DNA of 64,000 bases from an uncultured virus (IMG/VR IMGVR_UViG_3300030102_007128) (lineage: Duplodnaviria > Heunggongvirae > Uroviricota > Caudoviricetes), in the IMG/VR virus record IMGVR_UViG_3300030102_007128, one strand, 5' to 3'. Positions 52,041 through 59,836 of the stretch are shown piece after piece (within the stretch, counting starts at the first letter, position 1; the number at the start of each line of letters is the position of its first letter). The translations under genes were made by a program, and so were the position numbers. Below the pieces are notes generated by a model. That model was given only the letters and a program-made list of their open reading frames with translations, did not search any database and was not told the DNA's origin.

Positions 52041-53084
52041 ATGGCAGATAATTGGATACAATCAGTAGATAAAGAAATGAAAAGAAAGGGTACCGTAGGT
52101 GCTTTTACTAAAGAAGCCCAAAAAGCAGGTATGTCAGTTCACGATTTTGCTACTAAAGTTATGAAAAACCCTGAAGATTTTTCTAAAAGAACAAGAGAAA
52201 GAGCAAATTTAGCCTTAACTTTTGAAAGAATTGCTAAAGACAAAAAGAAAAAGAAAATGATGTATGGAGGTAAAACTAAAATGGCTCACGGAGGTATGTC
52301 GCAAGGATATGATGATAAATTAGATGAAAGTTTAGGTATGAGAACAGGAACAGGTAGTATGAGTAAACAATCATACAAAGACAGAAGAGATGAGAGTAAA
52401 GCCGGAAATAAGATGTTAGGAAGAAGAGCATATGCAAGTGTTGAAAGTATGGATAAAGGAGATAGAATGATGATGGATGGAGGCGATACTGAAATGATGT
52501 ATGGTGGTAAAACCAAGATGATGCACGGAGGAAAAATGAAGATGATGGAAGGCGGTAAAATGAAAATGGCTCACGGAGGTAGAATGAAACAAGGATATGA
52601 TGCGAGAGAAGATGAGAGTTTAGGAATGAGAAGAGGAAAACAGAGTTCTAAAAAAGTATCTGCTAAAGGAAGAAGAGATGATTCCTATGGTAAATTCGGT
52701 AAAAGAGATGAAGAAGATAGAGATATTACTTTAGCAAAAGGTGGTAAATTATCTGCTGAAGCAGTTAAAAAAGGATATATAAGAAGAGATAGATACGATA
52801 AACTGAAAAAAGAGAAAGATGAAAGGATTGATGACTTAAAACAAGATTTGAAAGATAAAGGAGCAGATTGTGCCGAAGACATCAAAACAATGAAGAAAGA
52901 TATTGGTAAGAAAGTTGCAAAACGAATAGACCAAGTAGAAAAACAGAAAGAGAAAGAGTGTGATACTGCTTTCGAAACTTTAAGTGAAACGAAAGACAAG
53001 AGTAAAAAAGAAGAAACAACAGATAGTTTTGTTCTTGGAGGTGTCGCAGGATTGTTGTTAGGAATATTTTTTATGGGTAGATAA
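52041..53084 (+). CDS. Basic protein with eight [ML]xxGG linkers, duplicated QGYD...DESLGMR unit and C-terminal glycine-zipper TM
   Basis: MMYGG x2, MAHGG x2, MMDGG, MMHGG, MMEGG and LAKGG. Confidence 0.75.
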   Translation: MADNWIQSVDKEMKRKGTVGAFTKEAQKAGMSVHDFATKVMKNPEDFSKRTRERANLALTFERIAKDKKKKKMMYGGKTKMAHGGMSQGYDDKLDESLGMRTGTGSMSKQSYKDRRDESKAGNKMLGRRAYASVESMDKGDRMMMDGGDTEMMYGGKTKMMHGGKMKMMEGGKMKMAHGGRMKQGYDAREDESLGMRRGKQSSKKVSAKGRRDDSYGKFGKRDEEDRDITLAKGGKLSAEAVKKGYIRRDRYDKLKKEKDERIDDLKQDLKDKGADCAEDIKTMKKDIGKKVAKRIDQVEKQKEKECDTAFETLSETKDKSKKEETTDSFVLGGVAGLLLGIFFMGR

Positions 53085-53356
53085 TGAGTTGTAAATGTAA
53101 AAATAGTAGAAAAGAGTTTCATCCTTGTCAGCACGGAGGAAAATGTCAATGTGGCGGTAAGTGTAGAGGAAAACAGACAAATGATTTTTACAATGCCGCA
53201 GGACAATATGATGAACACAATTTTAATGTAGTTGGAAGTTTAGATGAGTTCAAAGATGAAAGTGAAAATGTAGGTAGAGTTATTCTATATACAATAGGTG
53301 GTTTAACACTTGCTGGTATAGGATACTATATGTATAAATATAAATTAAAAAAATAA
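53084..53356 (+). CDS. Small protein with metallothionein-like Cys N-terminus and C-terminal TM
   Basis: CKC...C.HGGKCQCGGKC; FYNAAG motif. Confidence 0.65.
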   Translation: MSCKCKNSRKEFHPCQHGGKCQCGGKCRGKQTNDFYNAAGQYDEHNFNVVGSLDEFKDESENVGRVILYTIGGLTLAGIGYYMYKYKLKK

Positions 53357-53362
53357 AAAGAT

Positions 53363-54061
53363 ATGCCAAATCATAGACCAAATACACATTATAGAGGAAG
53401 TTGTTGCGAATGGTGTGATGATTATGCTCAAGGTAGAGCGATAGGAACAACACCACCGGTTGGTGATATAAATGGAGTGCCTTGTGCAGATTTTATGTGT
53501 GGTAATCCAGAATTTTGCCCAGGAACACGACCTATATCAACAGGAGGAAGACCTCAAGCGTATTCAAACTTTATGGATAGTGATAATCTTGATTACATAG
53601 ATAGTCATAGTGATATGGATTACGCTAATCATATTAATTGGTTTACTGGAAAAAGGCATAATGAGGCACACAGGCAGAGTGATATGAATAAAAGAATTAA
53701 TAGTAAGTATCCTATTCCTGAAGGTTGTGATGATTTAGATGCTTCTATAACAAAAATAGATAATGAAATAGGAAAAGTTTCCGTCAAATCTGCTGGAAGT
53801 AAAGGTGCTGAAAGAGTTAAAAATAGAACTCTAAATTCTCTTGAAAGTAGAAGAATAGATTTGAAAGAGGCTTACGAAAAAGAAGAGTGTAGTCAGAAAA
53901 AATTAGATGAACAATCTCAAGAGTTTCAACAAACTATTATGAGTAGGTTCGACCAACAATACGCTCGTGAGATGAGTAGAGAAGAAGATGATACACTAAT
54001 GTATGTAGCGTTAGGTGTAGGTGTGTTAGTAATAGGTGCTGTAATAGTAATAGCAAGATAA
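53363..54061 (+). CDS. C-anchored protein with Cys-rich N-terminus and Cys-bounded hairpin
   Basis: Same architecture as 35349 and 36622. Confidence 0.7.
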   Translation: MPNHRPNTHYRGSCCEWCDDYAQGRAIGTTPPVGDINGVPCADFMCGNPEFCPGTRPISTGGRPQAYSNFMDSDNLDYIDSHSDMDYANHINWFTGKRHNEAHRQSDMNKRINSKYPIPEGCDDLDASITKIDNEIGKVSVKSAGSKGAERVKNRTLNSLESRRIDLKEAYEKEECSQKKLDEQSQEFQQTIMSRFDQQYAREMSREEDDTLMYVALGVGVLVIGAVIVIAR

Positions 54062-54610
54062 ATGAATACGAATGAAGCGATTTATCAATACGCTACTTTT
54101 GTATTAAAAAACAAAAATGAAGTAATAGACCTGATAAATAGTCAGGGTTTAGGTTCTTTGACATATAGTAGTCCAATAGATGAAGTAAATTATATTGTTA
54201 TAGATAATTTGTATAACAAACAATTTATTTCAGGTATGGATTCGATTATGAAAGAAGGGTATGAGTATTTAGAGCCTATCACAACCGTCGCTATAATTGT
54301 AAGTATAATAACGGTTGGTTTAGGAACTGCAAAAATCGTATCGGCAAACAGAAATGCCCGAATGATTAGACAGGAACTAATTAGAGAAGGTTATAGAACT
54401 CAATACTTAAAACAAGATGAGTTAAATCAAATTGCATTTCTTGAAAGAGAAAGATTACAAGATATGTTTTTAGATGCTCAAACAGATTTTTTACAGCGTA
54501 AAGAAAATGCAGACGCTTTAGAAAAAGAGGAAAAAAACAAGGCTATGGTAATGATAGTCATATTAGGTATGGTTTCTGTTATAGTTGTAGCAGGAATGGT
54601 AAGAAAATAA
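54062..54610 (+). CDS. Membrane protein (N-domain, hydrophobic segment, coil, C-terminal TM)
   Basis: Tandem paralogue of 54612. Confidence 0.7.
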   Translation: MNTNEAIYQYATFVLKNKNEVIDLINSQGLGSLTYSSPIDEVNYIVIDNLYNKQFISGMDSIMKEGYEYLEPITTVAIIVSIITVGLGTAKIVSANRNARMIRQELIREGYRTQYLKQDELNQIAFLERERLQDMFLDAQTDFLQRKENADALEKEEKNKAMVMIVILGMVSVIVVAGMVRK

Positions 54611-54611
54611 A

Positions 54612-55148
54612 ATGAATAGAGAAATAAAAGAAATAGGAGTTTATGTATTAGATAACAGAGGTGAAGTTATTTCGTTTTTGAATAGAAATGGCTACTCAAA
54701 TCTACCTTCTAACGCACCATTATCTACAATCAATGATGTTATCGCAGACAATATGTTTAGTGAGCATTTTTGGAATATGTTTGTAGATGATATGCAAAGA
54801 AATTCTGGATATTCAAACTGGCTTGTTGAAGTTGTAGGTATAGTTACCCAAATAGGTGTGAGTATAAATAAAATGTTTGTAGATGCTAAAATGGCTTTAT
54901 TTCAGAGAAATATGATGAGCCGTCAAGAAGTTCGAAACAGAGAAACAGAACAATTTTACAAAGATTTAGCAGAGTTAAACGCAAAAAAACAAATGGCGAT
55001 AGAGTTAGGTGTCGCACAACAAGATGTTTTATTAAAGAGAGAATTACAAAGAGAAAAAGGAAAAAGATATGATTATCTTATTATGTTTGGCTTATTCGTA
55101 GGTGGAGCATTAACAATAGGATATATAATTAGAAAAAAAAATAAATAA
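54612..55148 (+). CDS. Membrane protein, paralogue of 54062
   Basis: VL.N..EVI...N..G N-domain shared. Confidence 0.7.
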   Translation: MNREIKEIGVYVLDNRGEVISFLNRNGYSNLPSNAPLSTINDVIADNMFSEHFWNMFVDDMQRNSGYSNWLVEVVGIVTQIGVSINKMFVDAKMALFQRNMMSRQEVRNRETEQFYKDLAELNAKKQMAIELGVAQQDVLLKRELQREKGKRYDYLIMFGLFVGGALTIGYIIRKKNK

Positions 55149-55150
55149 TT

Positions 55151-55294
55151 ATGGCAAAAAAAAGAAAAATGAACGCCTTTATGTCGGCGAAAGAAAGAGC
55201 AAGAAAATCAGGGAAAAAGTCATTTTCATACAATGGTAAAACATATGTAGCAAAAAAGACAAAAACAGGTATGATGATATATAAAAGAAAGTAA
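55151..55294 (+). CDS. 47-aa very basic protein (not in ORF track), possibly DNA-binding
   Basis: MAKKRKMNAFMSAKERARKSGKKSFSYNGKTYVAKKTKTGMMIYKRK. Confidence 0.65.
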   Translation: MAKKRKMNAFMSAKERARKSGKKSFSYNGKTYVAKKTKTGMMIYKRK

Positions 55295-55537
55295 ATGAAA
55301 GAATTAGTAAAACCAGTAATGATTGGAGTGGGTATAAATTTAGTTTTACCTATGATAGTAAAACCTTACGCTACTCCTGAAGAAATAAAGCCTCCAACAG
55401 GAAATGCGGGAGATTTGAATTTCAAACAACAATTAGTTCATATGATGGTTCACCACGCACAAGTTCCTATCTCGAGTAGTATTATAGTGGGAACAATAGT
55501 AGGTTTAAGTGTTTATTTAGCAGGAAAAATAAAATAA
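55295..55537 (+). CDS. Small two-helix membrane protein
   Basis: INLVLP...ATPEEIKPP...HMMVHHAQVP plus a hydrophobic C-terminus. Confidence 0.7.
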   Translation: MKELVKPVMIGVGINLVLPMIVKPYATPEEIKPPTGNAGDLNFKQQLVHMMVHHAQVPISSSIIVGTIVGLSVYLAGKIK

Positions 55538-55689
55538 TGAAAGAATTTGGCGATAAAGTAGAATGGAGAACCGTTGTAGTATCAGTATTAGCCTTTGTCG
55601 CAGTAGAAATGTTGTTAGAAATCTACATTTTTCAACCAGGAGTTAGAAGAATAGTAGATGAAGAATTAGAAAAAAGAGGATATGAATAG
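55537..55689 (+). CDS. 50-aa membrane peptide (not in ORF track)
   Basis: MKEFGDKVEWRTVVVSVLAFVAVEMLLEIYIFQP...; overlaps both neighbours at their start/stop codons. Confidence 0.55.
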   Translation: MKEFGDKVEWRTVVVSVLAFVAVEMLLEIYIFQPGVRRIVDEELEKRGYE

Positions 55690-56080
55690 TATAGTTAAAG
55701 ACGGATACGCTGATGTAGGCAACACTTTAGGTGGTAATACCTGGTTTAGTCAGTCAGATAACTTTTTTGATGATGACACATCACAGCCTTATATATTTAA
55801 TCTAACAACAGGTAATAATGTAATAGGGGGTTTGCCTACGGGAGGTCCTGCCGCATTAGGTTTTAGTGGCGAAGTGTATTCGATAGACGGATACAGAAGA
55901 AATAGTAAGGATGTAAATAATCCTTATAATTTAATACCAAGTGGAAATATATCAATGAAAAATGTAGATTTTCCGGTATTAGGAATAGACAATTTTGGTA
56001 ATTCTCAAATGATGTTCCCTGAAAATGATTACTATTTTGAAGGAACTGAAGTTTTGGAAATACCAATGAACAAAAATTAA
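55682..56080 (+). CDS. Hypothetical N/G-rich protein
   Basis: 132-aa ORF. Confidence 0.65.
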   Translation: MNSIVKDGYADVGNTLGGNTWFSQSDNFFDDDTSQPYIFNLTTGNNVIGGLPTGGPAALGFSGEVYSIDGYRRNSKDVNNPYNLIPSGNISMKNVDFPVLGIDNFGNSQMMFPENDYYFEGTEVLEIPMNKN

Positions 56081-56112
56081 AAATTAACAATTAACAATTA
56101 AAATTAAAAAAA

Positions 56113-56601
56113 ATGGCAAAAGAAATGGATTTAATGAAAGTAGGGCTTTATGCTCTTGCTGGTTTTGGTGCCTTCGCTGTATATAACAAATACATCGCAA
56201 AGTCATCAGAAAAGCCAGCACTAATGGACCCAGCAGAAGAACCTATGTCTTCGTTCACAGGAACGAGATGGCAACAAGACACAGCGGGTGGAACATTGTG
56301 GCAAAGAGGAAATGTTTTCTCAAATGCGGCAGGAGGCCCTGGACCGCCTAATTGTCCTCAAGGATGGGGTATTTACAGAACTGGAGGACCTGGTTCATCA
56401 GGTGCAACAGGACAAGAACTATACCGTGATATTATGAGAAATAAAAGAGCGTGTGATACAAGAAAGAGAATGGGAATGTCAAAAAGTGGTAGAATGATGA
56501 ATATGTCAGGAAGTGGAACAGATTGGCAAAACACAGGATACTCTGGAACTGCTTGGCAAGAATACTCAAATGCCGCAGGTTGTGGTTCTTGTGGAGCGTA
56601 A
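56113..56601 (+). CDS. N-anchored protein with NxxG motifs
   Basis: FSNAAG, MMNMSG and YSNAAG; shares GSGTDWQNTGYSGT.WQEYS with 41067. Confidence 0.7.
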   Translation: MAKEMDLMKVGLYALAGFGAFAVYNKYIAKSSEKPALMDPAEEPMSSFTGTRWQQDTAGGTLWQRGNVFSNAAGGPGPPNCPQGWGIYRTGGPGSSGATGQELYRDIMRNKRACDTRKRMGMSKSGRMMNMSGSGTDWQNTGYSGTAWQEYSNAAGCGSCGA

Positions 56602-56607
56602 TTTAGT

Positions 56608-56718
56608 ATGTTCAAGTTAGTTTTATATGGATTAGCCGGTTATGGAGGTTATATGTTGTATCAACAATATATTACTAAAGAGATTAATTGTGTAGGTACA
56701 AAACAACCTCTTGCGTAA
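56608..56718 (+). CDS. 36-aa membrane peptide (not in ORF track)
   Basis: MFKLVLYGLAGYGGYMLYQQYI..., similar to the N-anchor of 56113. Confidence 0.55.
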   Translation: MFKLVLYGLAGYGGYMLYQQYITKEINCVGTKQPLA

Positions 56719-56939
56719 TGGCTAATTGGACTGATGTTTTAGAAGAAGGCCACTTAAAGAAGATTGTTACCGTTGGAGGTCTTATCGCAATAGCGATAGG
56801 AACCTCATATGTTATTAAATCTTATTTAGATATTTTAAGAATAAAAATGGTAAAAGAAGAATTAAAGGCGATGAAAACTAAACATAGTCCTATTATGAGT
56901 AATAAAAATGAAGAAAATTGGATTTTAGAAGATGAGTAG
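56718..56939 (+). CDS. Small membrane protein
   Basis: ATG 56718 overlaps the previous TAA; one TM. Confidence 0.6.
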   Translation: MANWTDVLEEGHLKKIVTVGGLIAIAIGTSYVIKSYLDILRIKMVKEELKAMKTKHSPIMSNKNEENWILEDE

Positions 56940-57105
56940 TCAGGCAGGAATAGACAGAATGAAAGCAGGGAAATCTGCGCCGTTTGATGTGCAAATAGCG
57001 TTTAATATTCTTGCTATAACATTAGGTATTCAGATTTACGAGCAATTTCTAAAAGATAGTATAGGAAGTGGTAAAACTATTGATGAACTATTAGGATTAA
57101 AATAA
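56932..57105 (+). CDS. 57-aa membrane peptide (not in ORF track)
   Basis: MSSQAGIDRMKAG...IAFNILAITLGIQIY...LGLK. Confidence 0.5.
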   Translation: MSSQAGIDRMKAGKSAPFDVQIAFNILAITLGIQIYEQFLKDSIGSGKTIDELLGLK

Positions 57106-57118
57106 AAAATAAAAAGAT

Positions 57119-57838
57119 ATGATGAATAATGATTTATGGTTTCAGTTTGCAAAGAATACCAATATGGCTATGGCTAACGACAACTTTGCGGTTGCTCAAG
57201 CCCCAAATATGGCTTCGGCTGGTAAGGCAAACACAAGTCCTGTTGTTGCAACAGGAGTTATGACAGGAGGAAACACACCTGTATTAGGAGGTTTAGCCAC
57301 GGGAAACACGGGAAAGACAAACAATAATGCCAATACAGGAGGTAATATAGTTTGTAATAAGTGTGAAAATGGATTTCCTGTTTCTAATCAGTTTCCTGGA
57401 CCAACTTGTCCTCAAGGTTATACATCTGATAAAGACCCTTGCGCATCTAACACTATAACAGGTTGTATGGACCCTTTAGCAGATAATTACGATAGTATGG
57501 CGACAGCAGATAGTGGGAATTGTGTATATACTAACCCACCTGTACCTGTTCCTCAAGATGATTGTCATAATTGTTCTGACGGAACGGTTTCAAGAGTTGA
57601 CCAAGGTAATTGTCCTGATAGTGGTGATGTAGTTATCGTGCCTGTTGGAGCCGATGGAACAAGTAAAAATCCTTGTCCTACAACTCCTGCTGAAATAATT
57701 GAAGATGGAAACGAACAAGAAGAAGAAGAAGAAATTGTTAATGAAGCGTTAAAACCAGCGACGGCAGGCCTTGGTGACAACAAAACACTTTTGTATATTG
57801 CCATTGGAATAGGAGTTATATTACTTTTGAGAAAATAA
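57119..57838 (+). CDS. Cys-rich C-anchored protein with one GCMDP repeat
   Basis: GCMDPLADNYDSMATADSGNC; ATAGLG-TM-RK. Confidence 0.7.
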   Translation: MMNNDLWFQFAKNTNMAMANDNFAVAQAPNMASAGKANTSPVVATGVMTGGNTPVLGGLATGNTGKTNNNANTGGNIVCNKCENGFPVSNQFPGPTCPQGYTSDKDPCASNTITGCMDPLADNYDSMATADSGNCVYTNPPVPVPQDDCHNCSDGTVSRVDQGNCPDSGDVVIVPVGADGTSKNPCPTTPAEIIEDGNEQEEEEEIVNEALKPATAGLGDNKTLLYIAIGIGVILLLRK

Positions 57839-57842
57839 TGTA

Positions 57843-58043
57843 ATGTCAAGAACAAAAGCGTTAGAGATAGTCAAAAATATGGAGAGAACACTCTCTACTA
57901 TGATTGATATTGAAACGAATGTTCATAACGAACAATTTCCACCAGCGAGAATGAAAAGAAGTGTTTTAAGAAAAATGCAACAAAAACTATTGAAAAAATA
58001 TAGTATAAATGAAAATGAGTATAAACCGAGTATTAACCCTTAA
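57843..58043 (+). CDS. Hypothetical protein
   Basis: 66-aa ORF. Confidence 0.55.
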   Translation: MSRTKALEIVKNMERTLSTMIDIETNVHNEQFPPARMKRSVLRKMQQKLLKKYSINENEYKPSINP

Positions 58044-58054
58044 AAAATTAAAAA

Positions 58055-58153
58055 ATGTTTGATATTAATAGTCCAGATTTTTTAGGAGGTAACAATGTTC
58101 ATAATGTTATCATTATTGGAATGTTAGGTTACCTTATCTATAAATGTAAGTAA
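58055..58153 (+). CDS. 32-aa membrane peptide (not in ORF track)
   Basis: MFDINSPDFLGGNNVHNVIIIGMLGYLIYKCK. Confidence 0.5.
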   Translation: MFDINSPDFLGGNNVHNVIIIGMLGYLIYKCK

Positions 58154-58165
58154 AAAAGAAAAAAA

Positions 58166-58291
58166 GTGAATAACAATATAGTAATAGGTTCTGTTTTAGT
58201 AGTTTGTGTAGTAGGCTCTGCCGTTTTATTCAGAGGTGCTTACAGAAAAATAGTTCAAATTTCTACAAATAAGAGATTTGAAAATGAATGA
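58166..58291 (+). CDS. 41-aa membrane peptide (GTG start, not in ORF track)
   Basis: MNNNIVIGSVLVVCVVGSAVLFRGAYRK... Confidence 0.45.
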   Translation: MNNNIVIGSVLVVCVVGSAVLFRGAYRKIVQISTNKRFENE

Positions 58292-58949
58292 TACAACACA
58301 ACTTAATTCTATGCGTTTTTCACCAATTAAATTGCCTTATAGGTATAATTCATTAGAGCCTTATATTGATGAGGAAACTATGATGATACACTATAATAAG
58401 CATTATTTAGGTTATTTGAAAAAATTTAATGATTTAGTTGATAGATATGATATAAACCAACCTGTCATACCTATTATGCAAGATGTTAATAGATATCCTG
58501 AAGATTTAAGAAACAATGGAGGTGGTTATGTAAATCATTCGTTGTTTTGGAAAATGTTAAAGCCAAACCCTAAAGGAAAATTAAATAAACCAAAAGGTGC
58601 CTGTATGCAGAAAATACTTGAAGAATACGGAACCTTTGGTGAATTTAAGAATTTAATAGTAGAGGCTTCAAAACAAAGGTTCGGTTCAGGATGGGTATGG
58701 TGGGTAATGAATAAAGATGGAAGCACAAATATCTTATTAACGCCCTATCAAGACAATCCTTATATGCCTGAATATAATGCTTATCCATTATTAGGTATTG
58801 ATGTGTGGGAACACGCATATTATCTTCAGTATGATGCTGATAGAGAAAAATATGTAAAAAACATATTTAATATCATAGATTGGGATGAAATAGAAAATAG
58901 ATGTGTAGTAGGCAATAGAAGTATTTTTGATGTTCAAATTGTTAATTAA
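58284..58949 (+). CDS. sodA: Fe/Mn superoxide dismutase, Mn-type signature
   Basis: LPY.Y..LEPYIDEETM.IH..KH, NNGGGYVNH, FGSGW, QDNP and DVWEHAYY. The exact start is uncertain. Confidence 0.9.
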   Translation: MNDTTQLNSMRFSPIKLPYRYNSLEPYIDEETMMIHYNKHYLGYLKKFNDLVDRYDINQPVIPIMQDVNRYPEDLRNNGGGYVNHSLFWKMLKPNPKGKLNKPKGACMQKILEEYGTFGEFKNLIVEASKQRFGSGWVWWVMNKDGSTNILLTPYQDNPYMPEYNAYPLLGIDVWEHAYYLQYDADREKYVKNIFNIIDWDEIENRCVVGNRSIFDVQIVN

Positions 58950-58960
58950 AAAATTAAAAA

Positions 58961-59149
58961 ATGAAAAAATTGTTTGATATATTAGGAGGAAGAAAGACAG
59001 CGTTAGCGATTATTTTATTCATAATTGCTACCGTTTTATTATGTGTAGGAAAGGCAGATTTCTCTAATTGGAGTGAGTTTGTTAAATGGGTATTTGGTAT
59101 CTATGCCGTAGGTAATGGTGCTGAACATATAGCCAAACGAGGAAGTTAA
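58961..59149 (+). CDS. Small holin-like membrane protein
   Basis: GGRK followed by a TM, then a second TM ending GIYAVGN. Confidence 0.55.
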   Translation: MKKLFDILGGRKTALAIILFIIATVLLCVGKADFSNWSEFVKWVFGIYAVGNGAEHIAKRGS

Positions 59150-59159
59150 ATGTAAATAT

Positions 59160-59834
59160 ATGTTCTCGAAACTTAAAAAACACGCCCTACTGATTTGTAT
59201 TTTTATGTTATGTTTTTTTATATGGCAAACATTTAGTGCAAATAGTAGATTACAAGATTATAAAAATCAAGTAATTAAGTTAAAAGATGGAGAACAATTA
59301 TTTATTGAGAAGTTAAACGAGAAGGGAGAGAAAATAGCCGAGCAAGACCAGATAATCTTAACACAAAAAGATGCGATTGCTCACAACCTGCTTGAGATAA
59401 GTAATCTTAAAAAAATTAAATCTCAAGTTAAGATACAGACAATAACAAAGATAGATAGTATATATATCCCTGTTATTGATACGGTAGATAGAATTGTTTA
59501 TGATACAACAGGTTTAGCGTTATTGAAACTTCCTACAAAGTTTGGTTTAGAAAGTGAATGGTATTCTATCTTTTCAACTATCAATAAAAATGGTATGTTG
59601 TTAGATAGTTTATCTTTATATAATAGACAGATAATAACAATAGGGATGAAGAGTAACGGTATATTTAAGTCGCCGACACCTTCAGTCGTAGTTAAGAACG
59701 AAAATCCTTATGTTAATATAAATAGTATGAATAATGTCGTTATCAAAAATGATACACGATTTTATGATAAAAAAGGTTTTTGGTTTGGTGTAGGAGTAGG
59801 AACGGGTGTGTTGATACCAATATTAATAAAATAG
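59160..59834 (+). CDS. Spanin-like protein (N-terminal TM, coiled coil, C-terminal FGVGVG)
   Basis: Architecture and position after the holin-like gene. Confidence 0.45.
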   Translation: MFSKLKKHALLICIFMLCFFIWQTFSANSRLQDYKNQVIKLKDGEQLFIEKLNEKGEKIAEQDQIILTQKDAIAHNLLEISNLKKIKSQVKIQTITKIDSIYIPVIDTVDRIVYDTTGLALLKLPTKFGLESEWYSIFSTINKNGMLLDSLSLYNRQIITIGMKSNGIFKSPTPSVVVKNENPYVNINSMNNVVIKNDTRFYDKKGFWFGVGVGTGVLIPILIK

Positions 59835-59836
59835 AG

